A stretch of 64,000 nucleotides of DNA from an uncultured Pseudomonadota bacterium. Its GTDB lineage: Bacteria; Oederibacteriota; Muellerivitia; Muellerivitales; Muellerivitaceae. The notes below the pieces were generated by a model that had not been told where the DNA came from, ran no database searches, and saw nothing but the letters and a program-made list of their open reading frames with translations. Each line of letters begins with the position of its first letter. The first letter of the stretch is position 1. The position numbers were made by a program, and so were the translations under genes. The stretch is from NCBI GenBank assembly GCA_963836235.1, contig CAWIIP010000002.1, positions 256,001 to 320,000 on the forward strand, given 5' to 3'. Below, piece after piece: positions 12,192 through 21,528 of the stretch.

Positions 12192-14111
12192 ATGGCTGAA
12201 TCTCAACCGCATCCGATATCCCTGACGCCCTTAAATCGCCTCCAATTCATTTCAAATCCGTGGTTTTATCCAATCTTAGCCTGCTTCCTGTTGGTGATCC
12301 TTTTATCCGCCCGTAAAATCGGAAATTACGATCTCGGTTTCCACCTAAAAGCCGGACAATCCATACTTCAAACACACTCTTTTCCCCAAAAAGATACCTT
12401 CACCTATACCCAAACTGACCGGGACTACCTGGATTCCAACGGCCTTTACCAAATCCTCCTATATGTCTTCGTTAAGAACATAGGGTACTCCGCCCTCACC
12501 TTACTCAACATGGTAGTCATTCTTCTCGTTTTTGGACTCTTGTGGGGCCGTATCCAGTCCACGAAAGCCCCTTTTTGGGGAAAAACGCTGATTTTTTTAG
12601 CCGCCATCCTGGCCACGGAACGGCGTTTCATTGTTCGCCCCGAGATTTTTTCATGGCTTTATTTAAGCCTGACCTTGCTCATTCTTGAATCCCGGATACA
12701 TCGAACCCGAAACCTTCTCTTTCTATTGCCGGTCATTCAACTTCTCTGGGTCAATACCGAGGGACTCTTCATGTTGGGCTGGGCCGCCATAGCGGCTTAT
12801 GGAATCAGCGGCTGGCTTCAGGAAAAAAGGGTGGATCGGGCCCTTTTCCCCTATTTTCTTTTGTCGATCGCGGCAGATTTCTTGAATCCCTATGGGTACA
12901 AGGGCTTACTCTTTCCCTTCGTTTTATGGACCCGGCTCCAAGCCTCTAATATCTATAAACAAACCATTTCAGAATTCTTTACTCCCTGGCACTTTCTAAC
13001 CGGTCAAAATCTCCAGTACGATTCCTACCTTCATATATTTATCTTCTTTGCCCTAGTTCTCTTTTCATTGCTTCTGGCCATCCCCTCCATTCGGCAAAGG
13101 AAATTCCACGAAATATCCCTTTTCGTGATTTTCCTTTTCTTGGCCTTGATGGCCGTCCGGAATATCCCTTTATTTATCCTCATCGACGCCCCTTTCCTGG
13201 CGGTTTGCCTGGCCGATTGGACGGCCAAACCCCGCTGGGGATGGCTTTATGGCCCCCAAACCGCTATCGGGCTTACCCTCTTTCTTGTTCTTTTAGGATT
13301 AAGGGTAGGCACCAACGCCTTTTATCTTTCAGACCGCAGAAATGACAGGATGGGCTTGGGTTTGGATACCGACCGTCTACCCGTAAAAGCCGTTCACTAC
13401 ATGATCCAAAACCGCTTGGATGGGCAAATGCTCAATGACTTGAATTTTGGGGGATGGCTGGACTGGCAGGGTCCCCAGCCCACCTACATTGACGGCCGCC
13501 TGGAAGTACCGGACGACTCCTTTTACGGGCAATATAAGCAAAGCTTCGCTCCGGCGGGCCTGATCCCCCTTTTGGCTATCACCCAAGCCCAGTTGGTCGT
13601 CATGGAATACAACTCCGCCATTTCCTGGGCCGATCAGCTCCAAAGGTTTCAAGACTGGCGCCTGATTTACCTGGACGAATGCACAGCCATTTACGCCCGT
13701 AAGGACTATGCCCCCCAAATCCCCGCCCTTTCTTATGCCGATTTCACCAAATCCATCGGTATCCCCAGCGAAACGGATATCTCCGTCATGGGCCAGCTTC
13801 AAAACCTAAGGCCTTCTAAGTTTTCATCCTGGATCGAGGGATTTTACCAGCCGCAGTTTTATGCCATGAGCACCTTCAGCATGGGCCTCTTCGCCATGCG
13901 GATGGGTGAGTACCAAGCCGCGCGGGATATTTTTATGGAAGGCTTCCGCCAAACGAACGGGGCCTATGGGGAAGTTTTTTTCAACCTGGCCGTGGCCAAC
14001 CTTCACTTGAAAAACTACGCCATCGGCAAATGGTGCCTGCAATACAGCCTCGGATTGGAACCCAATAATCCTTCGGCCATACAAATGCTCAACAGCTTGA
14101 GAAGTTATTGA
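12192..14111 (+). CDS. Polytopic membrane protein with C-terminal TPR; possible GT-C fold glycosyltransferase
   Basis: Many TM segments; DLGFHLKAG, RPEIF, WVNTEG, NPYG, IDGR motifs; C-terminal TPR. Confidence 0.65.
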   Translation: MAESQPHPISLTPLNRLQFISNPWFYPILACFLLVILLSARKIGNYDLGFHLKAGQSILQTHSFPQKDTFTYTQTDRDYLDSNGLYQILLYVFVKNIGYSALTLLNMVVILLVFGLLWGRIQSTKAPFWGKTLIFLAAILATERRFIVRPEIFSWLYLSLTLLILESRIHRTRNLLFLLPVIQLLWVNTEGLFMLGWAAIAAYGISGWLQEKRVDRALFPYFLLSIAADFLNPYGYKGLLFPFVLWTRLQASNIYKQTISEFFTPWHFLTGQNLQYDSYLHIFIFFALVLFSLLLAIPSIRQRKFHEISLFVIFLFLALMAVRNIPLFILIDAPFLAVCLADWTAKPRWGWLYGPQTAIGLTLFLVLLGLRVGTNAFYLSDRRNDRMGLGLDTDRLPVKAVHYMIQNRLDGQMLNDLNFGGWLDWQGPQPTYIDGRLEVPDDSFYGQYKQSFAPAGLIPLLAITQAQLVVMEYNSAISWADQLQRFQDWRLIYLDECTAIYARKDYAPQIPALSYADFTKSIGIPSETDISVMGQLQNLRPSKFSSWIEGFYQPQFYAMSTFSMGLFAMRMGEYQAARDIFMEGFRQTNGAYGEVFFNLAVANLHLKNYAIGKWCLQYSLGLEPNNPSAIQMLNSLRSY

Positions 14112-14125
14112 GAAAAGGCGGTTTG

Positions 14126-14237
14126 AACCACGAAGGCACAAAGGGCACCAAGAAAAGCAAAAATAGAGATAGGGTTTAACATAGTCTTAAATATCTTTGT
14201 CTTTCGTTTCACTTCGTACCCTTTGTGCCTCGTGGTT
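14126..14237. repeat. Miniature inverted-repeat (hairpin) element
   Basis: Arms AACCACGAAGGCACAAAGGGCACCAAG and CTTCGTACCCTTTGTGCCTCGTGGTT around an AT-rich spacer. Confidence 0.75.
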
Positions 14238-14380
14238 TTTACTGCCCTTGGCCAAAGGCCAATGGGTGGTGGTTCAACAGATTCTTCGTCTTTCTATGTT
14301 CTGGCAACCTTCACAACCAGGTCAAATTCGGCTAAACTCCCCCTTCAAAATGCAGGTCCAAAACCTTAAGGTAAGGGTTC

Positions 14381-15454
14381 ATGACTGAAGCAAAACAAAC
14401 TTTCCCCATGGCGGAAGCCAAAAAAATCGTCGACGACCTCTTCGAGCCCAGCGCGGCCCTCTATTGGGCCGATCTCCTCTTTAACACTATCCTCGGCTGG
14501 GGGGCCTTCGTCTTGGCGGTTTTATCCCCCAACTTTTCAGCCATCCAAATCCTCAGTCTGGCCGTTTCGGTCTTTTGCCTCTACCGGGCGGTGATCTTTA
14601 TTCACGAATTAACCCACCTCAAAAAAGACACTTTCGGCTTGTTCCGGATCGTTTGGAACCTGCTTTGCGGCTTCCCCTTCATGGTCCCCTCCTTCACCTA
14701 TATGGGCGTCCATATCGACCACCATAAACAGAAAATGTATGGCACCCGGGACGACGGCGAATACCTTCCCTTTGTCCTGATGGGCCGCTTTCGGATTATT
14801 CTTTTCTTTTTAACCATGCTGGTCGTTCCCTTTGTCTTTACCCTCCGCTTCCTGCTGACCCCCATTTCTTACCTCATTCCACCCCTCCGCAAGCTCCTTT
14901 GGGAATACCTTTCGTCGCTTTCCATTGACCCCGAATGGGCTCGCCCCGCCCCCCAGGAAAGGGACGGCAAATGGTGGCAATTGCAGGAATGGCTGACCTT
15001 CGGTTATGCCGTGGCTTTTGGCTGGTTGCTGTGGAAAGGAATACTGCCGCTGAAAGTGCTGGTTCTCTGGTACATCGTGGCGACGCTGATCTTATTGACC
15101 AACGGCATTCGAACCGTCGCGGCCACCCATTGTTACCGCAACCCCGCCGACCACATTTTGGAATTTTCGGAGCAGTTTTTGGACTCGGTCACCGTCCCCG
15201 GCAACCCCGTCACTACCGGCCTCTGGGCCCCTGTCGGCCTTCGCTACCACGCCGTCCATCATTTGTTTCCCGGCATGCCCTATCATAACCTGGGGAAAGC
15301 CCATTATCGCTTAATGAAGGAACTGCCGGAGAATTCGATCTATCGTTTGAGCCTGAGGAAAAGCCTTTGGCATGGGCTGTCACAGCTTTGGAGGGAAACG
15401 ACCGCCGCCCAAACGGCCAAGCAGGCGGTTGGAAGAACTTCGAAAGTTTCTTAG
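14381..15454 (+). CDS. Membrane fatty acid desaturase family protein
   Basis: Three His boxes HELTH, HIDHH, HAVHH plus TM helices. Confidence 0.9.
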   Translation: MTEAKQTFPMAEAKKIVDDLFEPSAALYWADLLFNTILGWGAFVLAVLSPNFSAIQILSLAVSVFCLYRAVIFIHELTHLKKDTFGLFRIVWNLLCGFPFMVPSFTYMGVHIDHHKQKMYGTRDDGEYLPFVLMGRFRIILFFLTMLVVPFVFTLRFLLTPISYLIPPLRKLLWEYLSSLSIDPEWARPAPQERDGKWWQLQEWLTFGYAVAFGWLLWKGILPLKVLVLWYIVATLILLTNGIRTVAATHCYRNPADHILEFSEQFLDSVTVPGNPVTTGLWAPVGLRYHAVHHLFPGMPYHNLGKAHYRLMKELPENSIYRLSLRKSLWHGLSQLWRETTAAQTAKQAVGRTSKVS

Positions 15455-15485
15455 ATATTCCAAATCCGTTTTGACATTTTCTCCC

Positions 15486-15514
15486 TTGACAAGGTTATAC
15501 CGAAGTTATACTTT
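15486..15514 (+). promoter_or_regulatory. Sigma70 promoter with overlapping operator repeats for the MazEF-like operon
   Basis: TTGACA(15486)-17 nt-TACTTT(15509), 6 nt before ATG 15521; GTTATAC direct repeat at 15494 and 15505. Confidence 0.6.
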
Positions 15515-15520
15515 TGACTT

Positions 15521-15757
15521 ATGAAAACAGCTATCTCCATTCCTCATAAGGTTTTTGAAACTGCCGAAAAACTGGCCGAAAAACTGGGTGTTTCCCGAAG
15601 CCAACTCTATGTAACGGCTATTAAAGATTACCTTGATGGCCATATGGATGATTCCGTGACGGCTAAACTCAACGAACTTTATGCCGATACGGATTCTAAG
15701 CTTGGCCCCGCGCTGAGGAAACTTCAGGCAAAGTCTATTTCTAAGGATGGGTGGTGA
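15521..15757 (+). CDS. Ribbon-helix-helix antitoxin (ChpI/MazE6-like)
   Basis: MKTAISIP...A.KLGVSRSQLY..A; overlaps the toxin start. Confidence 0.85.
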   Translation: MKTAISIPHKVFETAEKLAEKLGVSRSQLYVTAIKDYLDGHMDDSVTAKLNELYADTDSKLGPALRKLQAKSISKDGW

Positions 15758-16095
15758 ACCGGGGCGAAATTTGGTGGGCGGACCTACCCGGCCCCAAAGC
15801 TTCGGAACCTGGATACAGCCGCCCCGTCCTAATTGTTCAATCAGACGCGTTTAATCGCAGCCGCATTCAAACCATTGTCGCCATCGCTCTTACGTCCAAT
15901 CTCCGATTGGCCGATGCTCCTGGAAATGTGAAACTATCCGCGCGTAAAACGGGTCTTCCAAAAGATTCGGTGGCCAATGTGTCCCAAATCATTACCCTGG
16001 ACAAAACCTTTCTGAGGGACAAATCTGGAAAATTGGACGCGTTAACAATAAACCACATTGAAGATGGAATAAAACTTTTGCTGGATTTGAAATAA
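15751..16095 (+). CDS. mazF: MazF/PemK family endoribonuclease toxin
   Basis: RGEIWWADL...RPVLIVQ...LTSN...GLPKDSVANVSQIITLDK. Confidence 0.92.
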   Translation: MVNRGEIWWADLPGPKASEPGYSRPVLIVQSDAFNRSRIQTIVAIALTSNLRLADAPGNVKLSARKTGLPKDSVANVSQIITLDKTFLRDKSGKLDALTINHIEDGIKLLLDLK

Positions 16096-16142
16096 TTCTT
16101 GAGTAGAACACAGGCGCAGTAATGTGCAGGTCAATCCTTGGC

Positions 16143-16298
16143 TTGTTTCCCGGCATGCCCTATCCCAACCTGGGAAAAGCCCACTATCGTTTGAGCCTGA
16201 GAAAGAGCCTTTGGCATGGTTTGTCGCAACTGTGGAAGGAAACAACTGCTGCCCAAACGGCCAAACAGGCGGTTGGAAGAACTTCAAAGGCTTCTTAA
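16143..16298 (+). pseudogene. Displaced duplicate of the desaturase 3' end (36-bp internal deletion)
   Basis: Aligns to 15263..15454; translates LFPGMPYPNLGKAHYRLSLRKSLWHGLSQLWKETTAAQTAKQAVGRTSKAS*. Confidence 0.9.
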
Positions 16299-16395
16299 AA
16301 TCCTAAATACCTCCCTGTCGTGGACAAAAAAATAATGGTTAATGGTGGCCTGACCCCGTTTTTCACTTTACGGACGATTGCGTAAGTCGTTTGAT

Positions 16396-17192
16396 TCAAG
16401 GCAAAACATTAGTTTTCCTCCAAGTTTGATAAACATCTGATTTCAAGATTGGGATGAATTGAGTATCTTTGTTTAGAACCTCTTGATACTTGGAATCCAA
16501 TTGGATGACTTTTGCGATTTCTCGGACAGCTAATTCCGGTTGATTTTCGGCCCAATAAGCGAGCGTTAAATTGTAATGACCCATTAAATAATCCGGCTTA
16601 ATTCTAACTGATCTTTGTAAGGCTTGAGCCGCTTCATAACCATAAGCTGTTCCCTTTTGCCGTAAATAAGCATAACCCATTAAACCCCACGCCTCATAAT
16701 TCTCGTAATCACATGAAGTGGCCTCCATATATTCTTGGATAGCATTTCTATAATCTTGAACGCGGTAATATTCCTTTCCCTTTTTTAAATGTTTCCAGGT
16801 TTCCGCGAAAGGATTAAGCCATTTGTAATTCCTAACAAAAGCAGGAGTTCCTTCTGAATCGTTCCCTATAATTTCATCAATATCAACATCCTTAAACACA
16901 GGAGGGGTAAAATTTCCATCTTCACTAACATCTTCACCCTTGAAAGCCGGTATTATTTTTCCATTATAAAAAAAATAAAATTCTGACGAACAAGCCCTAG
17001 CAGACAACGCACACCAATGAAGACCAAAAAAAATAGGCCCTCTTTTTTTTATCAAACCAAAATCCATATACGAAGGCCAAATACTCTCAAAAGGAAGTTG
17101 ATCAAGCAATTTTCCATCTTCATCAAAAACCATTAACATTCTTTGACCGGAAATTTCATCCGGGGCCATTAGAAAAATTTCCTTTTTCCCAT
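16396..17192 (-). pseudogene. TPR-containing gene, 5' end removed at the IS21 left end
   Basis: AT-rich frame with C-terminal TPRs that is open up to the IS boundary; the ORF-track start lies inside the IS. Confidence 0.7.
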
Positions 17193-17324
17193 TGTAAACG
17201 CCGTTCCAAAACCGTGACGGTCTAGAGGCCCTCTCAGGGCGGTCGAAAAGTGTGACACTCCCCGAAATTACCGGATGATGTGTGTTTTTCAGCGATGAAA
17301 ACCACGCCACCGGAAGGAAAAGGA

Positions 17325-18836
17325 GTGTACAAAGACATGGACCAATGGACGGAAATCCGCAAGAAAATCCTGGTGGAAGGGGTCTCCAAGCGCCAGGTGA
17401 TGGAAGAAGAAGGCATCCACTGGGAAACCCTCCAGAAAATACTCGCCCATAGCGAGCCTCCCGGCTACCAGATGAGCCAGGAGAGGCCCCAGCCCAAAGT
17501 GGGGCCCTTCTTGGGCCGGATCAAGCAAATCCTAGAAGACGACAAACACACCCACAAAAAGCAACGCCATACCGCCAAGCGCATCTTTGAGCGTCTGCGT
17601 AAAGAGGATGGTTACACGGGTGGGTATACCCAGGTGAAAAAAGCCGTCCGCGGGATCAAGCACAGGAACAGCGAAGTTTTCGTGCCGTTGTCGCACCGGC
17701 CTGGTGAGGCACAGGTGGACTTTGGGCACGCCCTGGTCAAACTCAATGGCGTGCTGGTAAAACGCCCCTACTTTGTGATGGCCTTGCCCTATTTGGATGC
17801 TTTCTTCGTGCAGATATTCGAGCGGGAGAGTACGGAGTTCGTCTGGGAAGGCCACATCCGGGCCTTTGAGTACTTCGGCGGCGTGCCTTCACGGATTAGC
17901 TATGACAACGCCAAAACCCTCGTGAAAAAGCTGATCGGGGTACACCAACGGGAATTGACACGGAGTTTCCAACAGTTGGTAAGCCACTATCTCTTCGACC
18001 ACCACTTCTGCACCGTACGCCGGGGTAACGAAAAGGGTGTGGTGGAAGGCGGGGTGAAGTATGTCCGACTAAATTTCATGGTGCCGGTTCCGCAAGTGGG
18101 ACATTTGGAGGAACTGAACAAAAAATTGGTGGTGAACTGCGATGAGGATTTGGAACGCAAATTGCGCGGCAAAGGGGCAGTCAAAGCCAAGCTTCTTGAA
18201 GAGGACAAAGCCCATTTTCGGCCTTTGCCCGCTACACCTTTTGATGCTTGTCTGAAGCAATCCACGACGGCCACATCCTTGTCCCTGGTTCGCTTCGACA
18301 CCAACGACTATTCCGTGCCATCGGAATGGGCTCACCATCCGGTGGTGGTGAAAGGATACATCGACCGGGTGGATATTTTTTACAAGGCCAGGCGAATTGC
18401 GACCCATGATCGTCTTTGGTGCAAGGAAGGCGTAACCTTCAATCCGGTGCATTATTTGGCGGTTTTGGAGGGAAAGCCTGGGGCACTGGACCATGCCCGG
18501 CCCCTGGAAGATTGGAACCTGCCGGAGAGTTTCACCCTCTTGCGCCGTCGCATGGAAGGAAAGGAAAAGTTTCACGGCGAGGGGACGAGGGAATTCATCA
18601 AGACGTTGCGGCTTTTGGAAAAGAATTCCATGGGCAGGCTCCACCGGGCCGTGAAAAAAGCCGTTCAGATGGAAATTTATACACGCGATGCCGTCGCCCA
18701 GTTGCTCTACTCCAAGGAAGATTTCAGACTGACCACCTTCAGCTTGGCCGGTCGTGAGCATTTGCGGCGGGTTCAGGTGGCCCGGACAGATCTTTTGGCC
18801 TACCGAGAACTGATGGCCGTTGGAGGTGAAGCATGA
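17325..18836 (+). CDS. istA: IS21 transposase IstA
   Basis: PGEAQVDFG, YDNAK, GNEKGVVE DDE motifs; probable GTG start at 17325. Confidence 0.95.
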   Translation: MYKDMDQWTEIRKKILVEGVSKRQVMEEEGIHWETLQKILAHSEPPGYQMSQERPQPKVGPFLGRIKQILEDDKHTHKKQRHTAKRIFERLRKEDGYTGGYTQVKKAVRGIKHRNSEVFVPLSHRPGEAQVDFGHALVKLNGVLVKRPYFVMALPYLDAFFVQIFERESTEFVWEGHIRAFEYFGGVPSRISYDNAKTLVKKLIGVHQRELTRSFQQLVSHYLFDHHFCTVRRGNEKGVVEGGVKYVRLNFMVPVPQVGHLEELNKKLVVNCDEDLERKLRGKGAVKAKLLEEDKAHFRPLPATPFDACLKQSTTATSLSLVRFDTNDYSVPSEWAHHPVVVKGYIDRVDIFYKARRIATHDRLWCKEGVTFNPVHYLAVLEGKPGALDHARPLEDWNLPESFTLLRRRMEGKEKFHGEGTREFIKTLRLLEKNSMGRLHRAVKKAVQMEIYTRDAVAQLLYSKEDFRLTTFSLAGREHLRRVQVARTDLLAYRELMAVGGEA

Positions 18837-19606
18837 GCGAAACCAAAAAGACCCTCTTGCTGGAACACCACCTCAAAAAACTCAAGTTGCCTACCATGCA
18901 CCGCGAGTACGACAAGATGGCCCAACTCTGTCGTACTGAACGCAGTGATTATCCGCAGTACCTGTTCAAGCTGGCCGAACTGGAACTTCTTGACCGGGAA
19001 CGCCGGGCCAAGGAGAGGCGTATCCGGGATGCGGGCTTTCCCGTGCTCAAGACATTGGACACGTTCGACTTCAAAGCTCAGCCTTCGATCAACCAGGAAT
19101 TGACGCGGGAACTCATGCGGGGCGAGTACATCGACAAAAAAGAAAACGTCCTGCTGATCGGAAATTCAGGAACAGGTAAAACCCATTTGGCCACGGCCTT
19201 GGCCTTCCAGGCCTGCTGCCAGGGCCGGGCGGTGCGGTTCTTCTCCGTCACCGGCCTTGTGACGGAACTTTTGGAGCGCCGGGAGGAAAAACAATTGGCC
19301 AAGTTCCACCGGCAGTTGGCCAGGCTCCACCTGATCGTCCTGGACGAACTGGGTTACGTACCCTTCACCAAGGCGGGGGCCGAGCTGCTATTCGAGGTGG
19401 TCAGCAAGGCCTATGAGCGTACCAGCCTGATGGTAACCACTAATTTGCCCTTTGAAAATTGGGTGGAAATCATGGGTTCGGAAAGAATGACGGGGGCTCT
19501 TATTGACCGTTTGACCCATCGGGTGCATATTCTGGAGGCCAACGGCCAAAGCTTCAGGCTGGGGGAAGCGAAAAAACGGCTAAGGCGTAAAGACAAGAAG
19601 GATTGA
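18833..19606 (+). CDS. istB: IS21 helper AAA+ ATPase IstB
   Basis: GNSGTGKTHLA Walker A, LDELGY Walker B, TTNLPF..W, DRLTH. Confidence 0.95.
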   Translation: MSETKKTLLLEHHLKKLKLPTMHREYDKMAQLCRTERSDYPQYLFKLAELELLDRERRAKERRIRDAGFPVLKTLDTFDFKAQPSINQELTRELMRGEYIDKKENVLLIGNSGTGKTHLATALAFQACCQGRAVRFFSVTGLVTELLERREEKQLAKFHRQLARLHLIVLDELGYVPFTKAGAELLFEVVSKAYERTSLMVTTNLPFENWVEIMGSERMTGALIDRLTHRVHILEANGQSFRLGEAKKRLRRKDKKD

Positions 19607-19706
19607 AAAGATTAACCAACGACCATACACCCTAAAGGCGTATGGAAGGCGGGGGGTGTCACACTTTTGGACCGCCCACCGTCACACTTTTCGACCGGCG
19701 CGGACA

Positions 19707-19895
19707 TTTTAAGTAGGTCACCTTCTTAGCCCGGTGCTTTCGAACAACTTTGGAGATGACTTCCTGGAAAAAACAAAGGACTACGTAAGGAGTTAACCCC
19801 TTATGCTTCCGATGAGACCGGGAGACATGGGGTTCCAACATAGCTTTCCGCGAGGGGTCGAATTCCAAGATTGGATAACGTTGACGTTTAAGCAT
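19707..19895 (-). pseudogene. 5' fragment of a nucleoside phosphorylase-like gene truncated at the IS21 right end
   Basis: YPILEFDPSRKAMLEP...VVLCFFQEVI N-terminus; frame runs into the IS terminus. Confidence 0.6.
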
Positions 19896-19992
19896 TTAAT
19901 GATCCAACCTTTTTAAAATTAATAGAGCCGTTGGAAATAATCTTGTCCACGACGGGTCCCCTTCGTGGACACCAACTACATTCAAAACCCAA

Positions 19993-20119
19993 CTACTTCA
20001 CCCAAACCAAATCTTTCAACTCGGGCGGATCAATGCCTAGCATCACCAAGCATTCCTCGAAATCCACGGGCGGAAGAACCGTATAGGTCTTCGTGATTCC
20101 CGTCTGGGGTGTTGTTGGA
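19993..20119 (-). pseudogene. Displaced copy (distal) of the rluD 3' end
   Basis: Aligns to 21529..21654; ..TGITKTYTVLPPVDFEECLVMLGIDPPELKDLVWVK*. Confidence 0.92.
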
Positions 20120-20128
20120 GGAAGTAAA

Positions 20129-20338
20129 TTATTTATTCCAGTCGGAAGGATGAATATCGGCTTGCCGGAGAATTTCGCGCAGAAGAGGAATTCCAATATC
20201 ACCCTGATGTGGATTGGGGATGCGGAGTTTTAAGGTGCCTTTCACCATGAACATATGCTTCCCTCCGCTATAGGGACCCTCAAAACCTAGGCGGACCAAA
20301 CCCCGGATCAAATCACGCCGGGAAACGGGTCTAAGCAT
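20129..20338 (-). CDS. hicA: HicA family toxin
   Basis: L..LGF.GP..GGKH.FM.KG...L.IPNPH..DI...LL..ILRQA. Confidence 0.9.
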   Translation of the reverse strand: MLRPVSRRDLIRGLVRLGFEGPYSGGKHMFMVKGTLKLRIPNPHQGDIGIPLLREILRQADIHPSDWNK

Positions 20339-20576
20339 GAACTAAATTCGGCAATTTCAAGCGCTTACCCTGGATCACGGGAAGTTTATCACCCTGCCGA
20401 ACTTTTAATAAAACCCACTCTTCCAAGACTTCCTGGAGAACCTTCCGGCAATCCTCCAGCCCTTTTTCATTCGACCAAACACCCTTAAAACCAGGTACTT
20501 CACCGTAATAGGTTTTGTCCTCAAGAATTTTATATTTCGCTTGCCCCATCGCAGTCTGAATATATTCCATAAACAT
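20331..20576 (-). CDS. hicB: HicB family antitoxin (short form)
   Basis: YI..AM..A.Y..LED..YYGEVPGF.GVW...LE.C...L.EVLEEW. Confidence 0.9.
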   Translation of the reverse strand: MFMEYIQTAMGQAKYKILEDKTYYGEVPGFKGVWSNEKGLEDCRKVLQEVLEEWVLLKVRQGDKLPVIQGKRLKLPNLVHA

Positions 20577-20641
20577 GTTGGGCTCCTTTGTGAGGGCATT
20601 ATATCAAAGCTAATTAAGTTACGAACAATGTTAAAACCCGC

Positions 20642-20776
20642 TTATTTCACCCAAACCAAATCTTTCCACTCCAGCGGGTCAAGCCCCAGCATCACCAGGC
20701 ATTCCTCAAAATCCACGGGAGGAAGAACCGTATAGGTCTTCGTGATTCCCGTCTTGGGGTGTTGGAAAAATAACCG
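20642..20776 (-). pseudogene. Displaced copy (proximal) of the rluD 3' end
   Basis: Aligns to 21529..21663; RLFFQHPKTGITKTYTVLPPVDFEECLVMLGLDPLEWKDLVWVK*. Confidence 0.92.
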
Positions 20777-20816
20777 CACAATCTCACCTTCCCGCCGTAA
20801 ATGACGCAACTCCGAA

Positions 20817-21230
20817 TCAATGCCTTTTTAGAAACAACAAAAATTGCCGGGGATTAACAATTCTAATTTTCCGGAAAGACTTGAGATCAAGCAGATCCTT
20901 GTCGCCTGTAACGATAAAATCGGCCTGACCGGCGACAGCGCATTCCAAAACAGGATTGTCCTTGGGGTCGCGGCTGGCGATAACTTTGATAACGGGGGAA
21001 ACCCATTCAGCATCACTTTTAAGAAGTTCAAGGGTATCCAAGATGTCATGGGGATTGACGAATGCTGAGATTTTGGGTTTCCGGCAAGCGGCATTAAACT
21101 CGGTGACGAGTTCGGGTGAGGTGATTATATCGAAAAGTCCATCCAAAAAAGCCCTGCGAACGGCGAGACAATTTCGGCTTCCAAGAAGAATGCTGATTAA
21201 TACATTGGTGTCAATGACGGCTCTTGCCAC
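20817..21230 (-). CDS. PIN-domain (VapC-like) toxin
   Basis: VIDTNVLIS...E...RDPKDN..LECAV.G.AD.IVTGDKDLL. Confidence 0.9.
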   Translation of the reverse strand: MARAVIDTNVLISILLGSRNCLAVRRAFLDGLFDIITSPELVTEFNAACRKPKISAFVNPHDILDTLELLKSDAEWVSPVIKVIASRDPKDNPVLECAVAGQADFIVTGDKDLLDLKSFRKIRIVNPRQFLLFLKRH

Positions 21231-21444
21231 GTAATTCCTTGCGGGTTTCCTTGACCAAAGCCACTATTTCCTTCTCGCTCAAGCGGTTCTTTGTAGTCCT
21301 TTTTTGGATGCGGTTCAGAAGGGGGGTCCAACGTTCTCGCCGGGTCTGCCTTTCGAGCTCGTGGGCCAGCTTGATTTTGTCTTTTACGGAAAGCTGTTGG
21401 ATGAGATTTTCAATATCCACAGGAACTTTGACGGCGAGATTCAT
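21211..21444 (-). CDS. Putative antitoxin of the PIN toxin
   Basis: Small ORF with GGAGGAG RBS, overlapping the toxin start; LSEKEIVALVKETR tail. Confidence 0.75.
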   Translation of the reverse strand: MNLAVKVPVDIENLIQQLSVKDKIKLAHELERQTRRERWTPLLNRIQKRTTKNRLSEKEIVALVKETRKELRGKSRH

Positions 21445-21528
21445 GGATGGCTCCTCCCTTTTACCTTTGCATGTTCTGATTGTAGTCCAATTTGATCCAT
21501 TATCCAATTCACTATTAAGAAAGGGGTA

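Larger units (their letters stand above)
17193..19706 (+). mobile_element. IS21 family insertion sequence (~2.5 kb)
   Basis: istA-istB pair; TG...CA termini (TGTAAACGCCGTTCC / reverse complement TGTCCGCGCCGGTCG); repeated GCGGTC(G/C)AAAAGTGTGAC boxes at both ends; no target duplication. Confidence 0.92.

Noticed and set aside
16124-16306. 60-aa ORF after mazF
   Set aside because: It is an out-of-frame reading of the orphan desaturase tail.
17193-17310. N-terminus of the 304-aa ORF 16396..17310
   Set aside because: It lies inside the IS21 left end and is not part of the original gene.
19993-20202. 69-aa ORF ending like RluD
   Set aside because: It is a chance fusion of an alternative hicA frame with the displaced rluD tail, with no plausible start.
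15455-21528. Classical integron or prophage explanation for the TA array
   Set aside because: No IntI or other integrase, no recognisable attC palindromes and no phage genes are present; a recombinase encoded elsewhere cannot be excluded.
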